Shown: positions 25,393-39,600, numbered from the whole stretch's first letter. The stretch is 63,950 nt of DNA, filler included, from Octopus bimaculoides (GCF_001194135.2; 4 parts of 4 records of this genome joined end to end with filler, not necessarily neighbours in it); one strand, 5' to 3'. The notes: generated by a model from the letters alone, not told the origin. Made by a program: numbers and translations.

Positions 25393-26927
25393 ATATATGT
25401 ACATATAATTTTATAATATATTTTAAAATGAGGTTTTTTTAACATATTTTTATATTTATATATATATATACGGTGGTGCACCAGCATGACCGCAGCCACT
25501 TGGCTGAAACACATAAATAAATAAATAANNNNNNNNNNNNNNNNNNNNNNNNNNNNNNNNNNNNNNNNNNNNNNNNNNNNNNNNNNNNNNNNNNNNNNNN
25601 NNNNNNNNNNNNNNNNNNNNNNNNNNNNNNNNNNNNNNNNNNNNNNNNNNNNNNNNNNNNNNNNNNNNNNNNNNNNNNNNNNNNNNNNNNNNNNNNNNNN
25701 NNNNNNNNNNNNNNNNNNNNNNNNNNNNNNNNNNNNNNNNNNNNNNNNNNNNNNNNNNNNNNNNNNNNNNNNNNNNNNNNNNNNNNNNNNNNNNNNNNNN
25801 NNNNNNNNNNNNNNNNNNNNNNNNNNNNNNNNNNNNNNNNNNNNNNNNNNNNNNNNNNNNNNNNNNNNNNNNNNNNNNNNNNNNNNNNNNNNNNNNNNNN
25901 NNNNNNNNNNNNNNNNNNNNNNNNNNNNNNNNNNNNNNNNNNNNNNNNNNNNNNNNNNNNNNNNNNNNNNNNNNNNNNNNNNNNNNNNNNNNNNNNNNNN
26001 NNNNNNNNNNNNNNNNNNNNNNNNNNNNNNNNNNNNNNNNNNNNNNNNNNNNNNNNNNNNNNNNNNNNNNNNNNNNNNNNNNNNNNNNNNNNNNNNNNNN
26101 NNNNNNNNNNNNNNNNNNNNNNNNNNNNNNNNNNNNNNNNNNNNNNNNNNNNNNNNNNNNNNNNNNNNNNNNNNNNNNNNNNNNNNNNNTATATATATAT
26201 ATATATATATATATCATGGTATCAACAAGACTATTGGATACTGTTATATATCACTGGTCACCATGTTTTAGATTGATATCACCCTGCTGGCTAGGTGAGC
26301 AGGCCAACATTTCCTAACCATGAAGCCACACTCCTTCACGCATTAGCCTCAAAATAGAAATCTGGCCCAAGTACTTGCAACAGAATAAAGGCGGCTGAGG
26401 TGCCAGGCTAAATCTCCCACCAAAAATGGTAAATATGTATTTAATCAGAAGTTACATAGTGACACAAGGGCCAAGATTTTTGTGCATGAAGTGTCCAAGC
26501 AGTGCCATGCTTGAAGCTCCTAGCCTTTGAGTCACTTTATAACTTCTAATTAAATATACACACACACTATATATATATACATACATACATATATGTATTT
26601 GTCTCCCACTAAAAGTGCATGTTATGTTAGAATACAGAATATTAACGTTATTTACCAAGAGAGGGCCTCTCATATGGGCTTGTGGTGCATAAAAGTGTTT
26701 ATGTCGTTGATGGGTAATAACCATCCACTATGTTCACCAGAACTGCCAAATCAAATGACTTCACCTTTGGACTTGTCAATGACAGATGACCAGTGCAGAC
26801 ATAGCAGCCAATTCCCTCGTCAACAATATATAATATATTAATGTCCTTTTAGGCAAATAGCCAGTGGGTTTATCAAAAAATAACACCAACAGAAACAGTA
26901 TTAATACCAAAAGGTAATATTTATCTC

Positions 26928-26975
<48 letters not shown>

Positions 26976-26976
26976 T

Positions 26977-27377
26977 CAGGGATGTGTCGCCTAGGTAAGC
27001 AAGGTAGGCAGTGCCTACCTTGAATAAAATCGACTGATAGCAACATTTTCCTTTTATGGTAAAATATGCACATAATTCAATAAAATTATGAAGGTTACTC
27101 TGATTAATATGCATAAAATGCAAAGTATTTTATTTTCTTGCAGATTAGGTAGACATAATTGGCCCCTGCTTTTCAATCTTAGTATTTAAGCTACGCATAG
27201 TACGGCTGTAGTACACTTGCTGCATACATTTCTACAACGTTTTCTTTACGTGCTCTAAAGGCAAAAGTAAATCTGCCTTCAACTCAGTCTCATGTCTGTG
27301 TTTCGCTTATTCTTGTGTTTTACTACATAAAGGTCACCAACTGCCTACCCTGAGTAATTACTGACGACACATGCCTG
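26977..27377. mobile_element. hAT-like MITE
   Basis: Imperfect TIRs CAGGGATGTGTCG...GGTAGGCAG and CTGCCTACC...CGACACATGCCTG. The 8-bp flanks are ATATGCAT and ATATGTAT (7/8 match), although they lie in AT-repeat context. Confidence 0.65.
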
Positions 27378-27621
27378 ATATGTATGTATGTATCCTCAAT
27401 TTTAACAACCCTGTTTCCATGTTTGTATGGAGCAAACATCTTTCTCTCTTTCCATGCACACAAGCTTAATCAATACACTTTTCTGAATATTCTTTTTTAT
27501 CTGAAGCAAATTAAATATTTGAAGAAATTTTTAAACATCTATTTTGTTAATGTATATATTAAACCAACTTCTTCCCACATGTATCAGACAATGCTCATCG
27601 TCTACAGGGGGACATTATTTA

Positions 27622-27827
27622 CCCTTTAAATATTTAAACTAGTCAAATCCAGTCCAAATATTCTACCTGCTTTATGTTCTAACCAGCCTCTCACACCCAC
27701 CCTACAAATAACCAATCACATCACTGAAATCTCAAAGCTATGAGATAAGACATAATTAATTAATTCATTCAAAACTGTCTAAATAGATAAGGCTTATATT
27801 TGATTGAGCCATCTGAATGCTAAAGAG
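27622..27827. mobile_element. piggyBac-like MITE, family 1
   Basis: Begins CCCTTTA and ends AATGCTAAAGAG. Shares the GAAATCTCAAAGCT core with the other copies. Confidence 0.55.
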
Positions 27828-27905
27828 TCTTCCTCAGGTTCATCATTTGGTTCTCTATGTCTGCTTGTAATGGTAAATGTGGAGAGAGAAAGTGAAAAGT
27901 TAGTA
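27828..27905 (-). other. Candidate 3' splice acceptor with perfect TACTAAC branch point and NAGNAG (AAG|CAG|)
   Basis: TACTAAC at 27899-27905 (minus), then a pyrimidine tract, then tandem AGs at 27864 and 27861. The downstream sequence runs into a MITE end after about 33 bp. Confidence 0.3.
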
Positions 27906-28733
27906 CTTAAGACTATGTATATAGGCACATGGAAATATTTAATACAAATAAATAATATACATGTTCATATAGCATCTAGCACACACACAAACAAATATAT
28001 ATGATATACAAAGAGACAGCATATATATATGCATGTTATTCTAACATCTACCTTTCCATGTTTATATGGGTTAGACAAGACTAAGTATACATACATATAT
28101 ATAGCTGATGTATATTTGTTTGTTTAATTTTGTCAGGTAAATAAGGCCATGCTGGGGCACCACTTTCAAAGGATTAATCTATCATTCCCTTCCTCTCACT
28201 ATTTACTTTAGCCTAGTACTTATTCTTTATACATAATATAAAGACAAAACCAAATGCTATTATTTTAAAATTTTGAATGCATTTAATATAGGTGTTTCAA
28301 GTAGTTATGTAAGAAAGTTCTTACATATTCTCCTCAGTCAATCAATCAATATATATATATATATATAGTAAAGATGCATGGCTCAGTGGTTAGGGTGTTT
28401 GGCTCACAATCATGAAGTTGAGGATTTGATTCCTTGACTGGGCAGAACGTGTCCTTGGATGAAGAACATCTTTTCACAATGCTCCAGTCTACTCAGCTGT
28501 AAATGTGCACCACCCTCATGCCCTAGTGCCGGTGCAGCCCTCTCCTTCCAGTATACAGGAAGCTAAAATAGTATGGCACAAGCTGCCATGTCGTATTCAC
28601 CTGAGAGCAATGGCCAAATTTCTATTAATATAGACACACCTATTCATTGAGAACCTTGCTTCCCAACTATATGGTTCTGGGTTTAGCACCACTGTACCGC
28701 ATCCTGAGCTTCTGAAAGAAGCCTATAGTATAT

Positions 28734-28765
<32 letters not shown>

Positions 28766-30084
28766 GTATGTATGTATATATATGTGTGTGCATGTCTTTT
28801 TCTAGACAACTGATGGCTGTAAATGAGCATCACCATTATACAAGTGGTGTCGTTTCCAGCTGTCAGTGAAAAATAGGTCTGTCCAAGATGAAATATTCCC
28901 TAGCTTGGAAACAAGATAAGGGTTGGCCACAGGAAGGGCATCTGGCTATAAAAAAATCTACATTAAAAAATTCTTTTTCTGTTTGACCCATGCAAGCATG
29001 GACCTTAAAACAATGATGATATTAACCGTATGCTAATATATTCACATTTATTCTAATTGTTTGGCCAGTATAACAATAATATACAAATATATACATACAC
29101 AATACACATATGTAATACATACACACACAGCTATATATATAGACATTCATACATAGACTCAATGTAACAGAGGATTTAGAAAAAGAAATATTGACTTGTA
29201 ATATTTATTTTTATTACAAAATATATTTAAACCACAAGCTGTGGCATTTAAATAAATTATATTTATAAAAATTAATAGACAGTGTTTATTATTTCACAAT
29301 GTTAGCGGCCTTAGTCCTCTCAAACATATGTGTGTGTGTGTATATATCTATATATACGGTATATATAATTAATCAATATATGTAATTATGACTTATGTTT
29401 TACTTAAAAATATAAAACTTTACCTTTGTTACCTGGTATTTATGATTAAGATCTAATTAGTAAAATTATAGATAAATTCCATTTTATTTAGAGTCAAACA
29501 GGGAACTAAATGATAATTTAGCAGGAAGCAACATCTGCCATGCTTGATAGATGGCTTTTACATCAAAAGCAAGGTTTTATTTTCATTTAATCTAAGAAGA
29601 TAAGCTCTTTTGAATATATATAACAGTTTCGTTCGAAAAACATATAAAGAAGAATGTAATAACAGTTGCTTAAAACTTCGTTTAGTCTTCAGATTAATTT
29701 ACAATGGAAATTAAAACCACATGTAAGCAAACAACACCACATTTTGGGGGGAGGGGGAAGTACGAATTTAAATGATTCTGTGGGATTATGAGATTAAGTG
29801 AAGTGCCCATTTGGTGCCTAAGAAGAAGATAAGGGGCAGCTATTTTTTAAGGGAGAGGGGATCTTTCGGTGATGTCAGCATGAAAAGTTGTTGGAAAGCA
29901 GAACTAAAATACATATAAAAAAAGAAGAAATGCAACATAAAAAAAAAGCAAAGATAAAAAGCATAAAAACAAAAAAATAAATCAACAAATTGGTAAAAAA
30001 CAAAAACAAAATGATATGTAAATATGGTTTGTCACCTCAATTTGAGAGAGAGAGCTACATAAGGGAAGTTTCCATCTCCAGGTA

Positions 30085-30575
30085 CTCTGAAAGTCTCGTT
30101 AAAGATGTGTTCTCTTACAGCGGCGTAGCTCTTCTGGCACATGCGGTCTTTGAAAATCTCATAAGAGTTATGTCTCTTAACAGGGTCTTCTGACGCCCTG
30201 CGTATTGCTATGTATGTTGTTGCAGAAGCTCCTAAAAAGCCTTGTTACTGCTAAGCAACTATTCCAATGCACAAAGTCTTTTAAATCTTGATACATCTTG
30301 TTAGAGGCACACAATTATTCTTTCTTACAGAATATTCTGACCATCTTATTGCATTTTTTTCTGTTGTCACAGGATGTCTTAAATATCTTGATATTAGCTA
30401 TGTAACTGTTCTGCTTGCTATACAGTGTCCTGAAAAGCTCATGAGACACATAACTAATCTCTTATGGAATACCCTGGGTACTTTGTTGCTGCTTTGAACT
30501 GTTCTGTTGCGGGATATTCTAGAACTCTTGATACTCCAATGTAACCATTGTCACAAGATGTCCTAAACACCTCAT
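30085..30575. repeat. Highly degenerate tandem array, about 11 units at 41-54 bp spacing
   Basis: A recurring motif like TTGTCACAGGATGTCTTAAATATCTT at about 30086, 30132, 30173, 30217, 30268, 30322, 30364, 30415, 30458, 30504 and 30548. Confidence 0.55.
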
Positions 30576-30874
30576 TTGTTACAGCCGTATCATTTTAGCC
30601 AGAAGCTCTTTACATTTCAGAAAATATAATTTTATTAAACGAAAGCGGGAAATGAATAAACTATACAAAATGTCAATGTTTAGTGTTCACAAAATAATGG
30701 GAGGCAAAATTTTCAGGACATCACAAAACATTTTCTGGAATTTAATTCCAAATATAAAATATTAAATCTTTGGAAAAATAAATTTTGAGTAAAAGAGAAG
30801 GCAACTCTAGAATGTTGTGATGTCAATGCAAATCGGCCATACTGGAGTCAATCACTGAAAATACTGATGGTTAA

Positions 30875-31067
30875 CCCTTTAGCATTTAAGCCAGTCATAT
30901 CTGACCAAAATAATGTTCAAATAATGTTAATGTTCAAACCAGCCAGATCTGGCCTTTCACACCTACCCTACAATGTCATTCTAAAAGTAACAATTGCATC
31001 ATTGAAATCTCAAAGCTGTGGGATAATCCAGGATTAATTGAAAACAGTGTGAATAGATAAACAAGGG
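30875..31067. mobile_element. piggyBac-like MITE, family 1 (right end decayed)
   Basis: TTAA|CCCTTTAGCATT at 30871, with the shared internal core. Confidence 0.6.
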
Positions 31068-33676
31068 TGAAATATTAGCATAAGGCCACAAATTTGGGGG
31101 GAACAAGATCTCAATGATAGAATTTGACTCCAGTATATATATTTGACCAGGATTTTATTTCATCAATTCTTGGAGGAAATGTAAGGCAGAGTTACCCTGA
31201 ACCAAATTCCCCGAGAAGCATTGCTATGGATACATCCAGTGAAGGCACTTAGTAAGTTTATTTACCAAAATTCACAGCCTTCTCTCTTCCATATCTACAT
31301 ACCACACTATGATGAAGTTGTTAAGCAGTCATGTCTGACATATATGCACAAGACCACAAATGATCTTAGCAGGAAAGAGTATTGTTGATTAAATTGTCCC
31401 CCAGTACGTGACTGGTACTTTATATTTTAATGTAGTTGAACAAAACAAAATGTTGAGACAAACTAAAATGAAATGTTGCTTAAAACAAAATGTGCTGAGT
31501 TATATATGTATATACATGCACACACAAACATTTATATACAAATATATACATGTGTTTATGTATATGTGCATATATGTGTGTGCATGTATATATTTGTGTC
31601 TGTCTACCTGTGTTTTGACAGGGGAAGATTGGAAGAAAAACAAATAAAAAAGACAGCAAATGAAAATAATAAGAAAAACAAAACACAAACACCAGACAGA
31701 TTTCTGTGTTAAAAAAATCATCCTCAGGGTTTCCTTGTTAAGTTGAACTTGTTGGGTTGCTATACACCAGAGGTCTGTTTTTCAGCCCTTATGCTCAGAA
31801 GATCTAATATACTCTAATGAAAGTCCAATATGCTTTTAATGGGTGGAGTTTTAGCATAGCTTTCTTTCAAAGTCCCATACCTCATAGGAAAGGAAAAGAG
31901 ATTTTTTTTTTTCCCCCTTTACAGCTTTTGTATTTTGCATACAAATGAAAATTCCGATGCTGGAAAAATTTTTTTCTCCACAAAAATTTCAAATTTTTTT
32001 CATAATGGATTTCTGTTTAACATTTCCTGTACCTTATCCCTTTCCTATAAGGCATCGAACTTCAAGGGACAGCTATTCCAAAACATCTTTTAATGACAGT
32101 ATATTTTAACGAAGATCCATTTTAATGAAGGTTTAATTGTTTTAATGATGGTCTAATTATCTTTTCATGAATGTCTAATCGTGTTTTAATGAAAATGTAA
32201 TTACCTTTTAACGAAAGTCTATGTTTTAATGAAGCAACGGTTTATATCAACCTAATCACATGCAATCTACGAAAAAAAGATGTTTATGAAATAAATGCTG
32301 AGATGATGCGTCTAAGTGTATTTCTCTCCAATTCCTCTTGAGATGACAACCAATTAAACACACTGCTGTAGAAACGTTCTTTCACGAAACGTGTGTGTGT
32401 GTGTGTGTGTCCTTAGCATTGACTTCTCTTCCTCGATACTACGAATACTAACACAATTATAAACAAGGAAAATGGTGGCAAACAGATATTTTTACTGTTG
32501 GTTATTGTTGTTGTTGTTGCTGGTGTCATTAAAAAAATGCTCTACATTCAGCCATGCCTCAATTCAACTTAGCTCGATGGAGTTTTATATCTTATGAAGA
32601 TATGAATCCTTTTAAACATGTCTTATTTATACACCAAGGACGTATTAGCACTGGTACTTGATTGACGTTAACTATCTAACCTGTCATAAGTCTCAGTTTA
32701 TCATTATTATTATTATTATTATTATAATATTATTATTCAATGTTTTGACTTAGGTCAATTTTCCCTGTAAATTATTACATGAAAGACTGCATTATTAATA
32801 TAATCTATTTTCAATTTTTTTTTTTTCTTTTAGGTTTTTAGAAATATTATATTATGCAAAATCCTTATGCCTTGATTTAAATTCAAGGTGAGGTGGGGAG
32901 TGGCGTTTCTCACTCTCCTTTCTCATTGATTACTATGCTCTGGTTTAGCATACGTTTCTGATACATAGCTGATAGAAGAATCTTCGTTTTCAATCAGTGA
33001 TTTTTTAAATAATTTAATTCATACATTTTTTTTTAACAATGCCTGAGAAAGAAATGTTTGCAGTATTTTTTGTAAATTTAATAAGAGCCATACAAATAAT
33101 CTAAAGAAATGAGAGTCACTTAACAAACACGCAGAGATATACTAACACACACACTCTCTCTCTCACACACACACATCATATGCAGAATTACTAAATTGAA
33201 GAAAGAATAATTTTTATGCTTGTTTATTGTTTTCCTAAAACCGAAATGCTGCTAAAATAACGATGGGCGGTGACATTTCCAAGACACATGTTTTAACAAA
33301 GTGTCACGAAAAAATTAAGTGTAAATTATTTTAAAATATATATATATATACATATGTATACATATATATTTTTTAATGGCGAATTTTGTGGAGTATATTT
33401 TCAGTGTTAATATAAAATTAAATCTAGGTAATCATGTGTTTGTTTGTTATTTTTTCTTTTTTTTTACTTTACAGAGAAAAATATGAGTTTTTAAGAAAGA
33501 CATTTTTTTTTTTTGTTTTAAATATATATATAAAGAATATCTCCCCCTCCCTCCCTCTACCAGTTAGTTTTTAGAGTCCAACTAAGTTATTTCCACTGTT
33601 TGAAAGTGCTGAGTGTCTCCAAGCATTTGCATGTGATAAAACAGTTTTGGTCTCTCAGTAAAACAAAAGAACAGAT

Positions 33677-36600
33677 TTAGTTCTTTAAAGCCAGAAGGCT
33701 TTCAAGAACTTCATCCAAGCTGGCATCTGTATTAGCAACCTCGGTGTTACAAGTTCGATTGAGAGAGACACTCTCAGCGTAACTGCTACCCAGGTCTGTG
33801 TTGACCAGTGGGGCTGCTGGTTGATCCCTTTTACTGATGCTTAGCCCAAATATGGTACAGTGCTCATCTCCAGAAGACACCGGCCGACAGAATGGGGAGT
33901 GTTTGAGAGTATCAAGCATTGGTTGCTGTGGTTGGGACGGCATTCGAAAGCTAAGGTCAATATATGGCCGGCCTAACGAAGACTGGATCTGCTCGATGGA
34001 CGTAGGGCGACCTTGATGGACACTGGTCAAGGGGTCATACTGTGGTCTCTGCAAGAATTCAAAGAAAGGGTCATTTTCAGAGCTACATATATTTTTGTTT
34101 ATAATTAGGGGTGAGTTGTTAGTATGGGAACGACCATTATTGCAATGTGTGTTAGGGGCACTAGTATTATTTTTCTTATATGTATTAAGGGCACTACTGC
34201 TATTAGTTTTATCATACACATTAAGGGCACTACAACTATTAGGTTCATCATTTTTATTAAGGACAGTGCTGCTATTAATACTGTAATGGGTGTTAGAGAT
34301 ACTACTTTTAGAATTTTTACTAGTTGTATCTGTAATGTTGGGGTTAAGACTAACATTTGTCAGAGACAAACTGTTTGCATGCAAATTACAAGAATTAGGG
34401 ATGGTTGAGGAGGATGTTGTTAAGGGGTTAGGAGAAAGGGAAGTGGATACATTAATATCACCCTTACCTTTTCTGTTTCGGAAGAACGGCACTGGGAGCT
34501 TGGCTTTTGGAGGCGGTGGTTGTGGGGGTGTTTGCTTGGGTTGGCTCTTAGCAACTTTATTATCCCGGAAACTGAATATTTTTGGTTTCCAATCTTTTTC
34601 TTTGCTTGCCTTATTTTTCTCCGGTTCCTTGCTTGATGATGCCTGGTCATACATTTGGATTCGTTCGGATACTTTCACAACCTTTCGGCTTTTCTCTTTA
34701 CTCTCCGAATCGTCTTGCGTCGTCCCAGTCTCAGATGGCACTTTGGATTCTGACAGAGTTGCTTTAGCTGATGGCTCATCCTGTTGTTGTTGCTGTTGCT
34801 GTTGTTGTGTGTCTGCTTCAGCTGGTCGTCGGGCTACAGGTCGACGGATGATTGGTGCTGCCTGATCAACAGTATGGTACTGTTCGTGGACTTCATTATT
34901 CGACACTTCTGCACTGGTCTCAACTATAGGGCTGTTACTGAAGTATACATGACGGCCTTCTGGCACGTGTGTTGAATTACCGTTAATCAATGGTGGAGCA
35001 GTAGAAAGCGTTACAGCTCCAGGAGCACTGACGTTTGCAATTTCATATTTGACAGGTGTTACATTAGGCTGTGTCGAGGTATAACTATGACTGACAGCAT
35101 CTATAGTATCTTCCATAAGTTCTTCTTCTTCGTTCGTTTCTTCAATAGCTTCGTCAATCCGGAGAGCCGGAGAAAATCCAGGTGAGACAGGAGACTTTTT
35201 ACTTTGTGATATTGAATCGGGTTCACGTTTGACTGGAGTTGTCCGTTTTGGTGGTTCTGGTTTTGAAGTTTTCACTGGAGTTTTAGAAACAGGACTAACT
35301 GCAGTGGGAAAAGTCGGTTGTGAGTTGTTTTCTTGACTCTTCTTCTCAAACATTTCTCGTATCTTTAAGAAGGGCACTATTGGAATTGGCATCAGACCTT
35401 TTGGTTTCTCTTGGTTTCTGAATTGATCGCTTGGTAGTCGAACATTAGCCGGCTTTGGAGGCAGCACTAATTTTGGGGTCTTTAGAGGTGCAGAATATGA
35501 ACGAGTATAGCTGGGTGTGACACGTGTTTTTATGACAACGGGTGCTTGGTGGCTAATGATGCTGCTGGCTGGAGATGAAGTAAGACTTGCGTTGAATCTC
35601 CAATCAAAAGATTTCATGGAGTCATTGTCTCTGTTTAGAATACAACTACCACTGCGAGACACACTTGAATTCTTGTACCAAGCCGGAACATTTAATTTTT
35701 GTAAAGAACGTGACACTCTCAGCTCATGAATGGACGGCACTCGCCTAAAACTTGACTCACCCAGAAGGTCATCTTCATCATCAGCATCATCATCAAGATT
35801 TGTTTCAAGTGTCTGCATGCTCTTTGATTTCGGTACATTTCGGTCAGCAAACCGGCTTTTGCCGGTCGACCGCCTTACCTGTTGCTGTTCTGAGCGTAGA
35901 TCCATTAGACTTGTTGACTTGCCGAAATAGGATGGCTGAAAAGAGAAAGGAATTTCAAAAGCTTCACTATCAAAACTGAACCGTCTCTCAGTTGTTTCCC
36001 CTGTGTCTATATCCGTCTCCACCAAAGAACAAAAGGAATCATATTGGGATAAACAAGACTCGAGATTATCAATGGATGCAGCTTGAATAGATTCTTCAAG
36101 GTTATCCGCATTGCCAGGTGACAATATACAGTCTGGGTGTATTTCATGGAAAGGTGGACGGGGGTACCTACATACAGGTTCACTGCGTAAATAGAGTTGA
36201 CTAATGTGACTCAGACTTTTACTTGGCCTAATCCTTGAAGCATGGATTGCCTCCTGGTCATTGTGTAGAGAAAGACGTTTAGCAGCATCTCGTCGTTTCA
36301 ATGCTCTGAGGGAAGTTTTGCGATATCTAGCAAATCTGTTGCTCACTGAATTTTCATCCTCAATTAAATCGGAGACGTTGTTTTCGCTGCCAAAATATCG
36401 TTTCCGCACAGCATTAATTTTCCGTCGGACTAAAGGAACTTGACGACTGCCACCTAGCTGTGTCTTAACTGTCAATGGTCTGTGAAGAGCTGATGTTGGA
36501 GGTGGACTAAGTTGGTCACTAACAAAGTCTGCAAGTTCATCATATTCTTCGAGAGACAGGCTGCCCTCGTAATTATCACTTTCGGCTTTATTTGAAGACA

Positions 36601-39600
36601 ACTCGTGTTGACTGGGGTACATGTTCCCTGACTCATCCAACTTTTCAAGGGACAATAAACTGCTATAATCCTCGGAATGGGCTAAACATTCGCTTTTGAA
36701 AACTTCAAATTCTACTTCAGAGTCAATGCTAGAAACAAGTTCTTCACTGGCTGCCGGTTCAGTTTTTAATCTTAATTCAGAATTGGACAGATTTTCAGGT
36801 GATACAGTTACCTTTCTTACAGGATCAACACTTGTATTTAAAGAATATGAATCTGGAACCGGATCACTCGACTTTCGATTCTCATTTTTTATCAAAGATG
36901 GGGGTTTCAAAACAGCCCCCATTTCTATGTGTGATACGTCTGAAGAATTGCATTCTTGAACATTTCTTGTTGAATCAGAACTAGATTTCTCTTTTGTATC
37001 CAATCGACTGCTATAGTCTACAGGAATTTCTTTTTTAATTATATCTTCCTCTGGTTCTTGATGAATTAATTTACTTTCCATTGTATAACCCTGCTGAGTC
37101 TCTTGTAAATGTCTGTCCAAATGAAATTCTTCTCTATTTACTATATCAGGAAAACCTGTTTTTTCTGCTGCTTCCTGCATTACAGAATAATTCTGACCAT
37201 AACCTGCATGCTTGTTAACATGGTAAGCTTGTCCATCAACAATATCAGGAAATGGTCGTTTTTCCTTACATTCTAATACGGTAAAATCCTCAGAAATCAC
37301 ATCCTGTGTTTTTTCAATGATTCCTTTGTTTAATACATCAGGAAAAGTCGATACATGTGCATGATCAACAGTATCTTGATGTAAGGAGCTGACAGGGTAT
37401 GTATCTTTTTTTACCACATCAGGAAATACCCTATCTTCCATACTCTCCTCCCCAACGTAATCATTGGAATTTATATCCTGGCTATTTTCATTAAAACTTC
37501 CTTTTTTTAAAATGTCAGGGTATGATTTTTCCATAGTAACAAGGGTAACATAATCACTCTGAACGTAATCCGAATACTTGTTAATATATAAATCCTTTTC
37601 GGTTAATCCATCGTACTGTAAAACATTCTCCACGGCTTCCTGTTCAACGTAACTCTTTGGTCTTTGGTTCTCTGGTTCATGCTGTACTTGAGACAATGTA
37701 GTTTCCATACTCTCTGGTTCCTTATAATTTGACAGATATCTGTTTTGCTGTTCAAGACTGGTGTAGTTGTCAGGTTGTCTATTTGGTTCAGCATTCGTCA
37801 TCGACAATGCCCTCTTAATTATCATGGGGCCATTGTCAAGCTTGCTAGCTGTAAAGACATTAATATCATCAGAAGCAAATTTCATTGGGTTATCAACATA
37901 GTCCCTTGGTGGAGTAAACTTCAGATCATCTGCAGATAAATTATTATTCTCATTAAGTTCCGACATATTCCGACTGTCATCATATTGATGGTGAACATTG
38001 TTGTTGTTTAAAGTGTTGCTGTTGTTGTCGTAGTTCTCGACATAAAAACTGCGAGCTTTGTAGGCCGTTTCGCCAGGCTCTGTGTAGGAAAATGTAAAAC
38101 CACGAGGTGGATTCTCGGCAGCATTAGACTTGGTAGCATCAAAGTAGAGCTGGATAGGCCAGTTGGATTGGTTGGAACAGTATACATCCGGTGAAGGAGT
38201 TTGGAAATTCTGTGGATTAGTCTTTCCTATGATTAGGAATTCCTCTCCGTATGACTCTGCTTCCTCTTTCGTTGTAGAGTTAGCTCGGATATCGAGTATA
38301 AGACCATGAGTACTTTCAGACGGACTGCTGCTCGTTTCTTCATCTTGGTTGACATCTCCATCAGAATAAGATCGTTCCCGAGACTTTTGAGGAGTCTGTG
38401 CAGGGTTTGCAGAATCATCCTTGATTCGCTGTGAACGATCGTTTGTAGACGTTGTGAAAGTCAAAAGTGCATTTTCATTGTAAGTGGTTAAATCACGTGA
38501 CGTGTCACTTAAATCGCCGATGGTCTGACTGAGGGGTCGTGCTGTCACCGAGGATTTCTTTAACGAGTTGCTTAGTTCATCAGTCGATCGAACAGTCGTT
38601 TGTTTGTTTGTTGAATCGATATTATCCACCTGACCAAAACTATCGGTACTAGACTGTTCCTCTGCACAAACTTTCGATGTATTTTTTAACGTATCTCCAT
38701 TGTTATTATCTCTAAACATATGCTGGACTGGAATGTTATTAATAGATATCACATTATCAACTGTTGCTGCTGTTGGTGGTGGTGGCGGCTCTGGCGGTGT
38801 TAATACTGACGTTGAATGAGTGTTTGATTGAGAAGACGACGAAGTGGAGGACGGTATATTAAACAACTGTTTAGGTGGACATATAATGGGTGCCTGTTCA
38901 ACAGTAGCTGTAGCGTGTGTGTAGGTGACATTGTTATTATCTTCACTCGTGTCGCCATCCTCCTCACACCTGGGTTGGTCACATTCCTCTACATTGTTTG
39001 GCCTTATTTCTTTGTCTTTCTCCTCCAGCTCTTCTTCTCGCTCCGCCAATTCATCGCTACTCGACACATACGGCGACGTGAACGACGTATCAACAGAACT
39101 TTCCTCGTAATTCCTAACAGCTTCATTGTTTTTGTTTTCAGTCGTGAAACTTCTGCCATGCTGGCGAGGCGAGATGCTGCTATTATTATGATTGCTGCTG
39201 GCAGACAGCAACGATGCCGTTCGATTGTTGATGGTAGTAGCAGCGTCACCAGGGTGAGATGAAAATAACAGACCTGCAGTGCCACGTGCTGGAACACCTG
39301 TAAGACTATGTGAACTGGGTTGCTTGTAGCTGCTGCTGCTGCTTCTGTTGAAGGTGTGGAAATTGTTGTTGTCGTCGTCGTAGTTGTGAATCACAGAGGG
39401 TGGGTAGCTTCCTTTCACTTCATACTCTTCGCATCGATCGCTGTCGGAGGATAAATCATCCGAATCTTCTTCCTCGATCGGTTCCAGACCATTGAAATAG
39501 AAAACTTCAGAGTCGCTGTCTGAGTCGGAATCGATATCGTAGTAATGGGAATTGGACGGTGAGGGTGGCGGAGGGCAGTATCGATGCCTCGGACGAAAGA

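Noticed and set aside
30085-30575. CRISPR-like repeat-spacer array
   Set aside because: The repeats are highly diverged, there are no cas genes, and the context is eukaryotic.
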